This document shows positions 1-10,376 of a DNA stretch of 64,000 bases, piece by piece. The notes beneath the pieces were generated by a model that did no database searches, was not told the DNA's origin, and saw nothing but the letters and a program-made list of their open reading frames with translations. This stretch comes from an uncultured Nitrospiraceae bacterium. Its GTDB lineage: Bacteria; Nitrospirota; Thermodesulfovibrionia; Thermodesulfovibrionales; Dissulfurispiraceae. A program made the translations under genes and the position numbers. The stretch lies in assembly GCA_963705105.1 (NCBI GenBank), contig CAVPIW010000007.1:96001-160000 (forward strand), given 5' to 3'. Position 1 is the first letter of the stretch, and each line of letters begins with the position of its first letter.

Positions 1-1187
1 ACCATGCCATCCGCGACTACCTTGCGGAGCGCAAGAGCCACTGGAAGGCAATCGTTGCATTCTCCGGCGAGCACCAATACGGTGGTGTGACGGTATCCGA
101 GTCCTCGCTCAACGGCTTTCCGTCCAGTCAGATCGCCGAAAGGATACGGGAGGACCCCTATCGGTTCCTTGTCTGCGCCGACAAGTTTCAGACCGGCTAT
201 GATGAGCCGCTACTGCATACGATGTATGTCGATAAGACCCTCTCCGGCATTAAGGCGGTGCAGACGCTCTCTCGGCTGAACCGGGCGCACCCCCGGAAAC
301 ACGACACCTTCGTGCTCGACTTCATGAACGACGCCGAAACGATCCGCGACGCCTTTGCTGATTACTACAGGACGACAATCCTCTCCGAGGAGACCGATCC
401 GGACAAACTCCACGACTTGAAAGCCGCCCTCGAAGGCTACCAGGTGTATGCGCCCGGCCAGATCGACAAACTGGTAGAGCTATACCTGAGCGGGGCCGAC
501 CGTGACAGGCTCGATCCCATCCTCGACGCCTGTGTGGCGGTTTACAGGGAACGGCTGGACGAGGATGGGCAGGTCGACTTCAAGGGCAAGGCCAAGGCCT
601 TCACCAGGACCTATGGCTTCCTTGCGGCGATCCTGCCCTACACGAATGCCGGATGGGAAAAGCTCTCGATCTTCCTGAACTTCCTCGTGCCTAAACTGCC
701 CGCACCCGTCGAGGAGGACCTCTCGAAGGGAATACTTGAAGCGATTGACATGGACAGCTATCGTGTTGAGAAGCAGGCGGCCATGAAGATCCAACTGCCG
801 GACGCCGATGCTGAGATCGAGCCTGTACCCATGACCGGCGGCGGGCGCAAGCCCGAGCCTGAGCTTGACCTTCTGAGCAACATCATCAAGACTTTTAACG
901 ACCAGTTCGGCAATATTTCCTGGACCGACACCGACCGCGTCCACAGGCTGATTACCGAAGACATTCCGGCCAAGGTCTCAGCCGACAAGGCTTACCAGAA
1001 CGCCAAACAGCACTCCGATAAGCAGAACGCGCGGATCGAGCATGACAAAGCTTTGACGCGGGTCATGACCGCAGTGCTGAAGGACGACACGGAGCTCTTC
1101 AAGCAATTCAGCGACAATCCCTCCTTCCGCAAATGGCTGACGGACGCGATCTTTGCTATGACCTACGCCTCGCCTCCTGCTGCCTGA
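1..1187 (+). CDS. hsdR: Type I restriction-modification system R subunit, C-terminal part (5' end outside window)
   Basis: Frame open from the window edge; helicase-C motifs 'FLVCADKFQTGYDEP', 'TMYVDK', 'AVQTLSRLNR' typical of HsdR. Confidence 0.9.
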   Translation, partial: HAIRDYLAERKSHWKAIVAFSGEHQYGGVTVSESSLNGFPSSQIAERIREDPYRFLVCADKFQTGYDEPLLHTMYVDKTLSGIKAVQTLSRLNRAHPRKHDTFVLDFMNDAETIRDAFADYYRTTILSEETDPDKLHDLKAALEGYQVYAPGQIDKLVELYLSGADRDRLDPILDACVAVYRERLDEDGQVDFKGKAKAFTRTYGFLAAILPYTNAGWEKLSIFLNFLVPKLPAPVEEDLSKGILEAIDMDSYRVEKQAAMKIQLPDADAEIEPVPMTGGGRKPEPELDLLSNIIKTFNDQFGNISWTDTDRVHRLITEDIPAKVSADKAYQNAKQHSDKQNARIEHDKALTRVMTAVLKDDTELFKQFSDNPSFRKWLTDAIFAMTYASPPAA

Positions 1188-1217
1188 TAGCGGGTAACAA
1201 AATTCAGGAAAAACGAT

Positions 1218-1284
1218 CAGTACAAAATCAGCACAATCTGGACGGTAAGCTGAATGGGAGATCGTGGTAAGTTATTGAAAAGAA
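1218..1284. mobile_element. Probable attachment-site arm of an integrative island at the tRNA-Val 3' end
   Basis: Direct repeat CAGTACAA/CAGCACAA (1218-1237) and IHF-like TAAGTTATTGAAA immediately beyond the tRNA CCA end; defence gene adjacent. Confidence 0.55.
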
Positions 1285-1359
1285 TGGTGGGCGATGAGGG
1301 TATCGAACCCACGACCTCTTCCGTGTGAAGGAAGCGCTCTCCCACTGAGCTAATCGCCC
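1285..1359 (-). tRNA. tRNA-Val(CAC)
   Basis: Reverse complement GGGCGATTAGCTCAG...CCTT-CAC-ACGG...GGTTCGATACC...TCGCCCACCA; cloverleaf with encoded CCA. Confidence 0.97.
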
Positions 1360-1487
1360 GAAACACTGTTAAAATATCACCTTACCCCCCATCCTTGTCA
1401 ACCCGAAGTCCCTTGAAACCCGTGATACGTCAAAACCCTCCTGTTCTTTCTTTGCGCTCTTTGCGACTTTGCGTGAGACAATATTTC

Positions 1488-1516
1488 TTGACAGTGAACG
1501 ATCGTTCACCTATAAT
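1488..1516 (+). promoter_or_regulatory. Consensus sigma-70 promoter with an SOS-box-like palindrome in the spacer
   Basis: TTGACA (1488-1493), 17 bp, TATAAT (1511-1516); perfect palindrome GTGAACGATCGTTCAC (1494-1509) containing GAAC-N4-GTTC. Confidence 0.9.
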
Positions 1517-1522
1517 GTACTT

Positions 1523-2116
1523 ATGACTGCGCAGGATAGTGAAGGGAAGCTGAAGTCGAGGGTCGAAGCGATCACCCGGTTTTTTCAGACCCGGGGAAGG
1601 ATGCCGAGCTTCTCGGAGATCGGCGAGATGACGGGTCTCCGCTCGAAAAACGCCGTATCCAAGCTGATCCTCCGTCTTGAAGGGATAGGGGTCCTCAGGA
1701 AGGATGCACGGGGAAGGCTCCTGCCCCTGTCGATGCGTGACAGCCTCAGGATGCTCGGCACTGTCGAGGCGGGCTTTCCGAGCCCCGCCGAAGAGGAGCT
1801 CGTGGACACTATTTCCCTCGACCGGCTGCTCGTGCAGAACCCGAACGCCACGTTCCTCCTGAAGGTGTCGGGCGATTCGATGTCCGGCGCGGGCATACTC
1901 CCCGGAGACATGGTGCTCGTGGACAGGTCCCGGCAGCCGAAAAGCGGCGACATCGTTGTCGCGCAGGTGGACGGCGAGTGGACGATGAAGTATCTGAAGA
2001 AGAGAGGGGATGCGGTCGTCCTCGTCCCGGCGAACCCGGAGTACAAGCCTATCAGGCCGAAGAAAGACCTCACGATCGCCGGCGTCGTCACCGCCGTGGT
2101 ACGGAAATACCTGTAA
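1523..2116 (+). CDS. lexA: LexA-family repressor (N-terminal winged HTH + S24 peptidase, UmuD-like cleavage region)
   Basis: 'MPSFSEIG..GLRSKNAV' HTH; 'VEAGFPSPA' Ala-Gly site; 'VSGDSM' Ser and 'TMK' Lys dyad. ATG 1523 chosen because it follows the promoter. Confidence 0.88.
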   Translation: MTAQDSEGKLKSRVEAITRFFQTRGRMPSFSEIGEMTGLRSKNAVSKLILRLEGIGVLRKDARGRLLPLSMRDSLRMLGTVEAGFPSPAEEELVDTISLDRLLVQNPNATFLLKVSGDSMSGAGILPGDMVLVDRSRQPKSGDIVVAQVDGEWTMKYLKKRGDAVVLVPANPEYKPIRPKKDLTIAGVVTAVVRKYL

Positions 2117-2122
2117 AGGACA

Positions 2123-2216
2123 TTAGTCATTAGTCATGACCTCTGTGTTCTCTGTGATCTCTGTGGCTGAACAGTTTCGTCTTTTCTTTCCGCTCTTTGC
2201 GGCTTTGCGCGAGACA
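2123..2216. repeat. Composite micro-repeat (AGTCATT x2, CTCTGTG-type 9-mer x3, CTTTGCG-type 9-mer)
   Basis: CTCTGTGnnCTCTGTGnnCTCTGTGGCTGAA also at ~10771-10801 and ~42495-42525; CTTTGCG arrays also at 1450, 20608, 21667, 24777, 31449, 33395 and reversed at 32979, 45730. Confidence 0.85.
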
Positions 2217-2224
2217 AACTTACG

Positions 2225-3550
2225 GTGAATATGACTATGGACGGGACGCCACTCACAACACGCTCATGGCCGCGGGCCATTCTCCACATCGACGCCGACG
2301 CCTTCTTCGCGTCATGCGAGCAGGCGATCCATCCCGAGCTGCGGGGAAAGCCCGTCATAACCGGCAAGGAGCGGGGGATCGTTGCTGCCGCCAGCTACGA
2401 GGCGAAGGAACGGGGGATCAAAAGGGGGATGCGTCTTTTCGAGGTGCGGAAGGCCTGCCCTGACGCCGTCATTCTCCCTTCCGATTACGAGACCTACAGC
2501 CTCTTTTCCGTCAGGATGTTCGAGATCCTGAGGCGCTTTTCCCCTGACGTGGAGGAGTATTCCATCGACGAGGCTTTTGTCGACCTGACGGGGCTGAGGA
2601 GAATCTACCACGGACCCTATTCGTCGATAGCCGCCGAGATGCAAAAGACGGTCACCGCGGAGCTGGGTATAACGGTATCTGTCGGGGTGAGCCTCACGAA
2701 GGTGCTCGCGAAGATCGCCTCGAAACACAACAAGCCCCGGGGAATGACGGTGATCCCGGGGCGGGACATCCATCTCTTCCTGGACAGCCTCCCCCTTGAA
2801 AAGGTCTGGGGCATCGGGCCGAATACATATGAATTGTTAAGGAAATTAGGGGTCACGACGGCCCTCCAGTTCGCCCGGAAGGATGAAGCGTTCGTCAAAA
2901 GGCACCTCTCGAAACCCTACCAGGAAGTCTGGCAGGAGCTGAACGGCAGAAGCGTTTATCCGGTCAGCACGGAAAAGAAGAGCGCCTATCAGTCCATCAG
3001 CAAGACAAAGACCTTCACGCCGCCCTCGGACGACGAGACCTTCGTCTATGCCCAGCTCTCAAAGAACCTCGAGAACGCCTGCATCAAGGCGAGGAGATAC
3101 GGTCTCGCGGCGACGAGGCTGATCGTGTTCATGAGGACCCGGGAGTTCAGGGACAGGGGTATCGAGATACGGTTGAGCAGGGCCACGTCCTTTCCCGCCG
3201 TGCTCTTCAAACCCCTGCGGCAGGCCTTTGACAGGCTGTTCAGCCCGCGGTCGTCATACCGTCAGACCGGGGTGGTCCTGGCAGGACTGGTGGAGGAGAG
3301 GAATGTCCAGTACACCCTTTTCGACGATGTCATGAAACTGGAGAAGCTGGAGAGGGTTTACAGCACTGTTGATATGCTGTCGGAGAAATTCGGCAAATAC
3401 GCGGTGCAGCATGGATCGAGCATTCCCACGAAACTGCAGGCCCAGCACGAGGGGGCACGGGGGGATGTCCCGGTGCGGGTGTCGGAGCTCTTCAAAGGGG
3501 AGAACAGGAGACAGCGGCTGGGACTGCCGGTGCTGCATATAAAGGTATAA
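2225..3550 (+). CDS. dinB: Y-family DNA polymerase IV
   Basis: 'ILHIDADAFFASCE', 'AASYEAK', 'YSIDEAF', 'LAKIAS', 'VWGIG' motifs; exact start uncertain. Confidence 0.93.
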   Translation: MNMTMDGTPLTTRSWPRAILHIDADAFFASCEQAIHPELRGKPVITGKERGIVAAASYEAKERGIKRGMRLFEVRKACPDAVILPSDYETYSLFSVRMFEILRRFSPDVEEYSIDEAFVDLTGLRRIYHGPYSSIAAEMQKTVTAELGITVSVGVSLTKVLAKIASKHNKPRGMTVIPGRDIHLFLDSLPLEKVWGIGPNTYELLRKLGVTTALQFARKDEAFVKRHLSKPYQEVWQELNGRSVYPVSTEKKSAYQSISKTKTFTPPSDDETFVYAQLSKNLENACIKARRYGLAATRLIVFMRTREFRDRGIEIRLSRATSFPAVLFKPLRQAFDRLFSPRSSYRQTGVVLAGLVEERNVQYTLFDDVMKLEKLERVYSTVDMLSEKFGKYAVQHGSSIPTKLQAQHEGARGDVPVRVSELFKGENRRQRLGLPVLHIKV

Positions 3551-3554
3551 GTGC

Positions 3555-3861
3555 TATCACTGGAATCCAAAATAATCTGGCACAAGGATAGGGCATGATT
3601 TCTTCGCATAATAAACCCTTATCACCGCAATGAGATCTCAGGAAAGACGGGGCGAATGCGCCGAAAAGCATCGGTGCTGCGAAACCTCTGCCTTCCCGTG
3701 CAGACCATTGCAGACCAACGATCGAACAAAATTAACCTTTTACGGACACTCACACTGACACTGACACTGTTTTTCGGAGCGTTTTGCACCGTCTTTTCGT
3801 GCAAGGCAACCGTGAATTATGCTTCAGAAACCAAGCCCTATCCTCGTTTTCAAAGTCTCGC
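3555..3861 (+). repeat. Modular inverted-repeat element copy A with outer shell (near-identical to 10438-10744)
   Basis: About 300 bp direct duplication at offset 6883; inner ends CCTTATCACCGCA..GGAAAGACGGGGCG / CGTCTTTTCGTGCA; outer inverted repeat AGGATAGGG/CCCTATCCT. Confidence 0.92.
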
Positions 3862-3946
3862 CGCAAACAATTTCCTTATCGTTGCATAGGCGGTATTTGC
3901 CTCCCCGGCGGCAGCGTCGATTATTTTGGATACGAAGGAAGCGCTG

Positions 3947-4420
3947 TTACGCCCTGCTGATCAGCAGGCAGACGGCATGGGCCGCGATCCCCTCGCCCCG
4001 GCCGGTGAACCCCATACCCTCGTTCGTCTTCGCCTTGATGCTGATCCGCGAGGACGGGATGCCCGATGCGGCCATGGCGGCCTTCATCGCCTCGATGTAG
4101 GGCGCAAGCTTCGGTCTTTCGGCGATGACGACGGAGTCGATCCAGGCGACTTCATATCCCGCCGACAGGATGAGCCCGTGGATGTGTTCGAGAAGGAGAA
4201 TGCTCGACGCCCCCTTCCACCTTTCGTCCGTGTCCGGGAAATGTTTGCCGATGTCCCCGAGGCCTGCCGCGCCGATGAGGGCGTCGATGACGGCATGGCA
4301 AAGGACGTCGCCGTCCGAGTGGCCCAGGAGACCCCTGTCAAAGGGCACATCAACGCCGCCGATGACGAGCCTCCTGCCCTCGGCGAGGCGGTGCGAATCG
4401 TATCCGATGCCTATGCGCAT
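3947..4420 (-). CDS. ispF: 2-C-methyl-D-erythritol 2,4-cyclodiphosphate synthase
   Basis: 'MRIGIGYDSH', 'GHSDGDV', 'DIGKHFP', 'KAKTNEG'. Confidence 0.97.
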   Translation of the reverse strand: MRIGIGYDSHRLAEGRRLVIGGVDVPFDRGLLGHSDGDVLCHAVIDALIGAAGLGDIGKHFPDTDERWKGASSILLLEHIHGLILSAGYEVAWIDSVVIAERPKLAPYIEAMKAAMAASGIPSSRISIKAKTNEGMGFTGRGEGIAAHAVCLLISRA

Positions 4421-5115
4421 GACTTCAAAAAGGCCTCGGCGATCAGCACGTCTTCCGGCGTGGTGACCTTGATGTTCCGGTATGAGCCCATGACGATCCT
4501 CACTGTTCCCCCGTACCTTTCCACGAGTGCGGCGTCATCGGTGGCATAGTAGTCGTCGGCCGTTGCCTTCTCATAGGCCGACAGCAGCGTTCCATGCCTG
4601 AAGACCTGCGGCGTCTGGACGGACCAGAGGAGATCGCGGTCCAGTGTCCTTGACACGACGATCTCATCGCCCGACGGACGGGCTTCCTTTATGGTGTCCT
4701 TCACGGGGACGGCTGCAATGGCGCCGTCTGCACCGTCGATGGCGCTGATCAATCTTTTGACGAGATCACCGTCGACAAGAGGCCGTGCGCCGTCGTGGAT
4801 CAGGACGACCGGGAAGGACCTGCCGAGGTGCCTAAGCCCGTTCCGGACGGAATCCTGCCGCTCCTTTCCCCCTGCGATGGCGGGATCGACTCTCGGCACC
4901 GCGTAACGGGCCACGAGTTCATCGGTCAATGCCCGGTCCTCCTCTCTTACAACGGGGATGATTGTGCCGATCTCAGCAACTGATGCGAGGACTTCGAGTG
5001 ACCAGATGAGAAGCGGCTTCCCGAGGAGGCTGTGAAAGGTCTTCCGGGTCCCTGTTCCGAACCGGGTCCCGACTCCCGCTGCGGGGACAATGGCGGCGAC
5101 CCTGTCAGTACTCAT
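4411..5115 (-). CDS. ispD: 2-C-methyl-D-erythritol 4-phosphate cytidylyltransferase
   Basis: 'IVPAAGVGTR', 'GGKERQDSV', 'IHDGARP', 'VQTPQ', 'NIKVTT'. Confidence 0.97.
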   Translation of the reverse strand: MSTDRVAAIVPAAGVGTRFGTGTRKTFHSLLGKPLLIWSLEVLASVAEIGTIIPVVREEDRALTDELVARYAVPRVDPAIAGGKERQDSVRNGLRHLGRSFPVVLIHDGARPLVDGDLVKRLISAIDGADGAIAAVPVKDTIKEARPSGDEIVVSRTLDRDLLWSVQTPQVFRHGTLLSAYEKATADDYYATDDAALVERYGGTVRIVMGSYRNIKVTTPEDVLIAEAFLKSCA

Positions 5116-6082
5116 CCTTCGGCTTCGCGAAGATCATCCTTCCCGCCGTCGTCTGGAGGACGCTCGTGACGACGGCGTCGGTGTTCTTGCCGATGAGTTT
5201 CCGCCCGTTCTCCACAACGACCATGGTGCCGTCGTCGAGATAGGCCACGCCCTGGTTGTATTCCTTGCCCTCCTTGGTGACGAAGAGACTGAGCAATTCG
5301 CCCGGCAGGACGACGGGTTTCAGCACATTGGCGAGCTCGTTGATGTTCAGGACCTGCACGCCCTGAACCTGGGCGACCTTGTTAAGATTGAAATCATTGG
5401 TGATGATCTTTGCGTGCATGAGCCGCGCAACGGCTATGAGCTTCGCGTCCACCTCCCTGATCTTCGGGAAGTCCTCCTCGACGATTCTGACCGTAATGTG
5501 CGACAGCTTCTGCATGCGATGAAGCATATCGAGACCCCGCCTTCCCTTGGTCCTCCGCAGGGGATCGGGCGAATCGGCGATATACTGGAGCTCCTGCAGG
5601 ATGAACTGGGGGACGAGAAATGTGCCCTCCAGAAAACCGACATCGACAATGTCGACGATCCTGCCGTCGATGATGACGCTCGTGTCGAGGAGCTTCAGGT
5701 CCTCCTCGGCCTCCTGTCCCCTGAGCAGTTTTGTCACCGAAGGCACGGTGAGGTTCACACCCCTTGCCAGACCGGCGAAGAACCCCCCGTATCCGAGGAC
5801 GGCGCTCAGCGCGAACGACAGGGGCAGTCGTGCGTCGTCAGGAAGAATGAAACGGAGGGGATAGAGGATGAGACCGGCGCAGACGATGCCGAGGAAGAGA
5901 CCCAGAAGTCCGCCGGAGACGGTACCGAGAGTGAGACTCTTCAGGACCCGTTCAAGGAGGATCGAGAGGATGCCGAGGGCCGCGCCTGCCGCCGCGCCCG
6001 CCGGCGCGTAGCCGTAGCGCATGCCCAGGGCGGTTCCTGAGGCGATGAAGACGATGAAGATTATGATTCTCGCAAAGAACAA
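5105..6082 (-). CDS. Membrane PIN/TRAM domain protein (YacL-like)
   Basis: N-terminal TM helices; 'LLDTSVIIDGRI', 'GVAYLDDGTMVVVE', 'LQTTAGRMIFA'; usual position upstream of ispD. Confidence 0.93.
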   Translation of the reverse strand: MFFARIIIFIVFIASGTALGMRYGYAPAGAAAGAALGILSILLERVLKSLTLGTVSGGLLGLFLGIVCAGLILYPLRFILPDDARLPLSFALSAVLGYGGFFAGLARGVNLTVPSVTKLLRGQEAEEDLKLLDTSVIIDGRIVDIVDVGFLEGTFLVPQFILQELQYIADSPDPLRRTKGRRGLDMLHRMQKLSHITVRIVEEDFPKIREVDAKLIAVARLMHAKIITNDFNLNKVAQVQGVQVLNINELANVLKPVVLPGELLSLFVTKEGKEYNQGVAYLDDGTMVVVENGRKLIGKNTDAVVTSVLQTTAGRMIFAKPKDEY

Positions 6083-6160
6083 TTATCCCCGGTCTCTCTT
6101 ACGAAACGGCGCCATAAAAAGTCATTGAGTCATTATTGATAATATGAACACCTGTACCAC

Positions 6161-6235
6161 TGTCATTGCCGCAAGCGAAGCGCGTCGGCAATCCTTCTGA
6201 ACACCGGAAAGATTCCGGACAAGCCGGAATGACAA
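6161..6235. repeat. GTCATT...AATGAC palindromic REP-like repeat
   Basis: TGTCATTGCCG...GATTCCGGACAAGCCGGAATGACA; relatives at ~16753, ~16899, ~31098-31123, ~38517. Confidence 0.75.
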
Positions 6236-6346
6236 ATCCTGGTGCAGTTCGATTGTTTAAACCAGATGACAATAACAAAGCCCGGAAGGCTTTGCATCAT
6301 ATCTGCCTTCTCGGGAACAGCGATATATGAAGCGTCTCATCAGGTG

Positions 6347-7801
6347 TTATTCCGGTGACAGCGCAATATAGAATTTCTTCCCCGAGCGGTTGACCAGGAG
6401 CGCGATGGTTTTGTCCGCCCTGAGCTGCGCCGTCTTCCTGTTGTATTCGCCGAGGCTGCCGACTCTCTGGCGGTCTATCTCCTGGATGACGTCACCCTTC
6501 TTGATGCCCGCCTCCTCGGCCGATGAGCCGGGTTCGACCCTGATGATGACCACTCCCTTGTCATCGCGGTCGAGGCCGAGCTGTTTCGCGATGGCGGCAT
6601 TGAGATCGATGACGTCCACACCGTCAAGGGAGTTCCGCCCCCCCTTCATCTCGGGCGAGGAGCTCGGCACGAGCTCTCTCTTGTCGGCAGGCAACTGGGT
6701 GATGGTTGCAGTAATGGTCAGCTCCGTGTCCTGCCGCAGGATCTTTATCTTCACCTGGGTCCCGATCTTACTCTGGGCGACCATATTCCGCAGCGTCCCC
6801 ACATCCTTGACCTTCTTGTCGTTGAATTCGAGGATGATGTCACCCCTCTGGATGCCCGCCTTCTGCGCGGGGCTTCCCTTGATCACGTCGCTCACGAGGG
6901 CGCCTTCGGTGACTTTCAGGCCGAAGCTCTGGGCGATGTCGGGGGTGATCTCCTGGATGGTGATGCCGAGCCACCCCCTCGTCACCTTTCCCTCCTTGAT
7001 GAGCTGCTCCATGACAACGCGGACGATGTTGCTCGGAACGGCAAAGCCGATGCCCTGGTACCCTCCTGTTTTCGAGAAGATCGCCGTGTTTATGCCGATA
7101 AGCTCACCCGTAGCGCTGACGAGGGGTCCGCCGGAGTTGCCCGGATTGATCGCCGCGTCGGTCTGTATGAAGTCCTCGTAATCTGCGATGCCCACATCGG
7201 CCCTGCCGACGGCGCTGATGATGCCCATGGTGACGGTGTTGCTCAGGCCGAAGGGGTTGCCGATGGCGAGGACGAACTCGCCGACCTGGAGTTTGTCCGA
7301 ATCGGCCCAGGGGATGACGGGGAGACTCTTTGCGTCGATCTTGATGATCGCGATGTCCGTTTTCGGGTCCGACCCGACGATCTTCGCCCTGAAGCTCTTC
7401 TTGTCGGCGAGAAGCACCTTGATGTCTTCCGACTGCTCGACGACATGATTGTTCGTGACGATGAACCCGTCGGCCGAGACGATCACGCCGGAGCCGAGGC
7501 TCTGCTCCCTGAATTTCCTGGACCGCCCGTCATGGAAAGGATAGAAGAAGTCGAAAAAGTCGTCAAAGGGCGTCGGCTGCCGCCTGACCGTTTTCGTGCT
7601 CGATATGTTTACGACGGCCGGCGAAACGGCCCGGACGATTTCCGAGAAGGCCTTTCCCGTCTCCTCGATATGCTTCGGGACCCGCGGGGCGAACTGCGTG
7701 TATTGGGGCGTCGTGGATTTGCTCAGGAAATAATACGTCACCCCTCCGAGAAGGAAACCCAGGAGGAGCACCGCGGGAATCCAGATGAAACGGTTTTTCA
7801 T
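6347..7801 (-). CDS. degP: Do/DegQ-family periplasmic serine protease with two PDZ domains
   Basis: 'TNNHV', 'TDIA', 'QTDAAINPGNSGGPL' catalytic triad; two PDZ domains. Confidence 0.93.
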   Translation of the reverse strand: MKNRFIWIPAVLLLGFLLGGVTYYFLSKSTTPQYTQFAPRVPKHIEETGKAFSEIVRAVSPAVVNISSTKTVRRQPTPFDDFFDFFYPFHDGRSRKFREQSLGSGVIVSADGFIVTNNHVVEQSEDIKVLLADKKSFRAKIVGSDPKTDIAIIKIDAKSLPVIPWADSDKLQVGEFVLAIGNPFGLSNTVTMGIISAVGRADVGIADYEDFIQTDAAINPGNSGGPLVSATGELIGINTAIFSKTGGYQGIGFAVPSNIVRVVMEQLIKEGKVTRGWLGITIQEITPDIAQSFGLKVTEGALVSDVIKGSPAQKAGIQRGDIILEFNDKKVKDVGTLRNMVAQSKIGTQVKIKILRQDTELTITATITQLPADKRELVPSSSPEMKGGRNSLDGVDVIDLNAAIAKQLGLDRDDKGVVIIRVEPGSSAEEAGIKKGDVIQEIDRQRVGSLGEYNRKTAQLRADKTIALLVNRSGKKFYIALSPE

Positions 7802-7805
7802 GTGT

Positions 7806-9716
7806 TTATTTTAACATGAATTTTCTGACATCCCCAACACGCAGGGTGATCCTGTTCGAGTCGAGGTATTCAAGAAAAGGCAGGGCGTACTTCCGGGAGG
7901 TGTCGAGGAGGTCTCTGAATTCGGCCACGGTCATCTCCGGTTTTCTGGAGAAGAAACCCTTCAGAAGGGAGATGAGCCTGTCGTAATGCTCCTTCGTTAT
8001 GTACAGGGAGTCCTGGATCCTGACGAGCGTGCCTTCCTTCGAGAGGAGACGGAGCAGGTCGTTGACCTCTTTCTCCCCCATGGAAAAACGCTCCTGGAGC
8101 TCTTTCTTCGTCGACGGCTGAAAGGCCTCCTTCCCGAGCAGATCCACGATCTTCGCCTTGAGGTCTTCGTCGCCCTTCGAGAGGGAGACGCGGAATTCGC
8201 CGTGCCTCAGGACCTCCTTGTCGACGACGACGTCTTTGATCAGGGGCAGGAGAACGAAGGCGCCGTCGTCTATTTTCCGCTCCGCCTTCAGCTTTGCCTT
8301 CGCCTCTTCCTTCGGCATCCCCGTCTTCAGGGGGTTCGCCTTGTGGAAAGACAGGAGAAGAGACTTCAGGGCCTCCCGGAAGGCCGAGAAGACGTCGCCG
8401 TGAAAAAAGACATCCTGGGCCTTCACGATCTTCCCCTTTCCGGCGAGCGTGTCGAGGGCGGATCTGATCTCCTGGCGGTCACCCTGGACCCACCCCTCGA
8501 TGTCGGAACAGGTTCGGCCCTGGTATGCCGACATCCTGATCTTCGTTTCGATCTTGTCGATGGGATTTCCCTCATCAAAGAGGACGAGGTCGGCGATGCC
8601 CGACTGCTTTCGTCTCCTTGCCGGCTGCGGATCGAGTATCTGTCCGCCGCCGATCGTTTCAAGAGGTGAAAAGCGCCTGATAATGTACCGGTCACCGGAG
8701 AGGACGACGATAGGTTCTTCCAGCCGGAACTGGCAGAAGCAGGACCCGCCGGCCTTGACGTCATCGGCGTCATAGATGATGATCCTGGCGATCGTTTCTG
8801 CGGTGCCCGAATAAAAGTGGACGAGGCTCCTGCTCTTGACGACGGGGGCGTCGGACAGCATGTCGAGCTTTGCATCGATGGCCTTCGTCGGAACGAACCG
8901 TCCCGGCGTCACGACGACGTCCCCCCTCTTCAGAAGCGCCTTCTCTATGCCCTGGAGGTTCACGCCGATCCTCTGACCCGCCACGGCCCTGTCGACGGCG
9001 GCGCCGTGGCTCTGGAGCCCCCGGACCTTGCTCGTGTAACCCGACGGGAGGATCTCGACGGGGTCGTCAAGGGAGATCGTCCCCGAAAGGGCCGTCCCGG
9101 TGACGACGGTGCCGAAGCCCTTGAGGGTGAATACCCGGTCGATGGGGAGCCTGAAGAGACTGTTGACCAGCTTCGGCTTCACCGTCATGGCGATGTCGTG
9201 GATTTTCTCCTTGAGCATGTCGACACCGTCGCCCGTCCGTGCCGAAACGGGTATGATTTCGGCGCCGTCGAGAAATGTGCCGCTGACGAACCCCCTCACG
9301 TCATCGATGACGAGGGCGAGCCAGTCCTCGTCGACGAGATCGGTCTTTGTGATCGCCACGATGCCCGCCTTTATCTTGAGCAGCTCGCAGATGGCGAGAT
9401 GTTCCCTGCTTTGCGGCATGACCCCTTCATCGGCGGCGATGACCATGAGGACGATGTCGATTCCTCCGGCGCCGGCCAGCATGTTCTTGATGAGGCGCTC
9501 ATGGCCCGGGACGTCGACAATGCCGACGGTGAGGCTGTCGGGGTAAGAGAGGTTGGCAAAACCAAGGTCTATGGTGATGCCCCGCTCCTTCTCCTCCTTG
9601 AGCCGGTCGGGGTCCGTGCCGGTCATCGCCTTGACGAGAGAGCTCTTGCCGTGGTCGATGTGGCCGGCAGTGCCGAGAACGACGTTCCTTACCGTTGACT
9701 GTGCCACACCCGTCAC
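7806..9716 (-). CDS. selB: Selenocysteine-specific elongation factor
   Basis: '[11 protein letters not shown]', '[10 protein letters not shown]', 'DVPGHE', C-terminal '[13 protein letters not shown]'. Confidence 0.97.
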   Translation of the reverse strand: MTGVAQSTVRNVVLGTAGHIDHGKSSLVKAMTGTDPDRLKEEKERGITIDLGFANLSYPDSLTVGIVDVPGHERLIKNMLAGAGGIDIVLMVIAADEGVMPQSREHLAICELLKIKAGIVAITKTDLVDEDWLALVIDDVRGFVSGTFLDGAEIIPVSARTGDGVDMLKEKIHDIAMTVKPKLVNSLFRLPIDRVFTLKGFGTVVTGTALSGTISLDDPVEILPSGYTSKVRGLQSHGAAVDRAVAGQRIGVNLQGIEKALLKRGDVVVTPGRFVPTKAIDAKLDMLSDAPVVKSRSLVHFYSGTAETIARIIIYDADDVKAGGSCFCQFRLEEPIVVLSGDRYIIRRFSPLETIGGGQILDPQPARRRKQSGIADLVLFDEGNPIDKIETKIRMSAYQGRTCSDIEGWVQGDRQEIRSALDTLAGKGKIVKAQDVFFHGDVFSAFREALKSLLLSFHKANPLKTGMPKEEAKAKLKAERKIDDGAFVLLPLIKDVVVDKEVLRHGEFRVSLSKGDEDLKAKIVDLLGKEAFQPSTKKELQERFSMGEKEVNDLLRLLSKEGTLVRIQDSLYITKEHYDRLISLLKGFFSRKPEMTVAEFRDLLDTSRKYALPFLEYLDSNRITLRVGDVRKFMLK

Positions 9717-10360
9717 CGGGACCTCTTCACGAAGGCGTCGAAGTTCTTCAGGATCTTCAGGCCCAGGTCCTGGCTCTTTTCAGGATGGAACTGCGTGGCG
9801 AAAACGTTGTCCTTCCAAACCATGGAGACGAAATCAACGCCGTAGTCCGTGCGGCCCGCGATGATCGACTCCTCGTCGGGAGAGACGTAATAGGAATGGA
9901 CGAAATAAAAATAGGATTCGTCGGCTATATCATCGAACAGGGGTGGACGGCGGACGAGCCGGACGGTATTCCATCCCATATGAGGCACCTTGAGGTCGCT
10001 TCGGCCGTAGACGCCTGCACCGTCTTCATAAAACCGGAATTTTACCACCCTGCCGGGCAACACGCCGAGGCCCCGGCAGAAGCCGAACTCCTCCGACTCG
10101 GCAAAAAGGATCTGAAGTCCCAGGCAGATGCCGAGATAGGGTTTGCCGCTATCGATCCCTTTGACGATTGCGTCGAGGAGCTTCAGGTCGTCGAGATTTT
10201 TCATGCAATCCTTGAAGGCGCCGACACCAGGCAGGACGATTCCCCTTGCGTCGGCAATCACGGCGGCATCGGACGTGATCCTCACCTCCGCGCCGACCTT
10301 CTGGAACCCCTTCTCGACGCTCCTGATGTTGCCCATCCCGTAATCAACAATCGCGATCAT
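9713..10360 (-). CDS. hisH: Imidazole glycerol phosphate synthase glutamine amidotransferase subunit
   Basis: 'DYGMGN', 'LPGVGAF', 'GICLG', 'VPHMGWN', 'QFHPEKS'. Confidence 0.97.
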   Translation of the reverse strand: MIAIVDYGMGNIRSVEKGFQKVGAEVRITSDAAVIADARGIVLPGVGAFKDCMKNLDDLKLLDAIVKGIDSGKPYLGICLGLQILFAESEEFGFCRGLGVLPGRVVKFRFYEDGAGVYGRSDLKVPHMGWNTVRLVRRPPLFDDIADESYFYFVHSYYVSPDEESIIAGRTDYGVDFVSMVWKDNVFATQFHPEKSQDLGLKILKNFDAFVKRSR

Positions 10361-10376
10361 ATGATTCCCTTGTCTT

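Noticed and set aside
3622..3889. Short ORFs inside repeat elements (also 10505-10787, 13565-14065, 38664-39156, 63540-63908)
   Set aside because: Similar peptides recur only because the DNA is repeated; frames and strands differ between copies and there are no ribosome-binding sites
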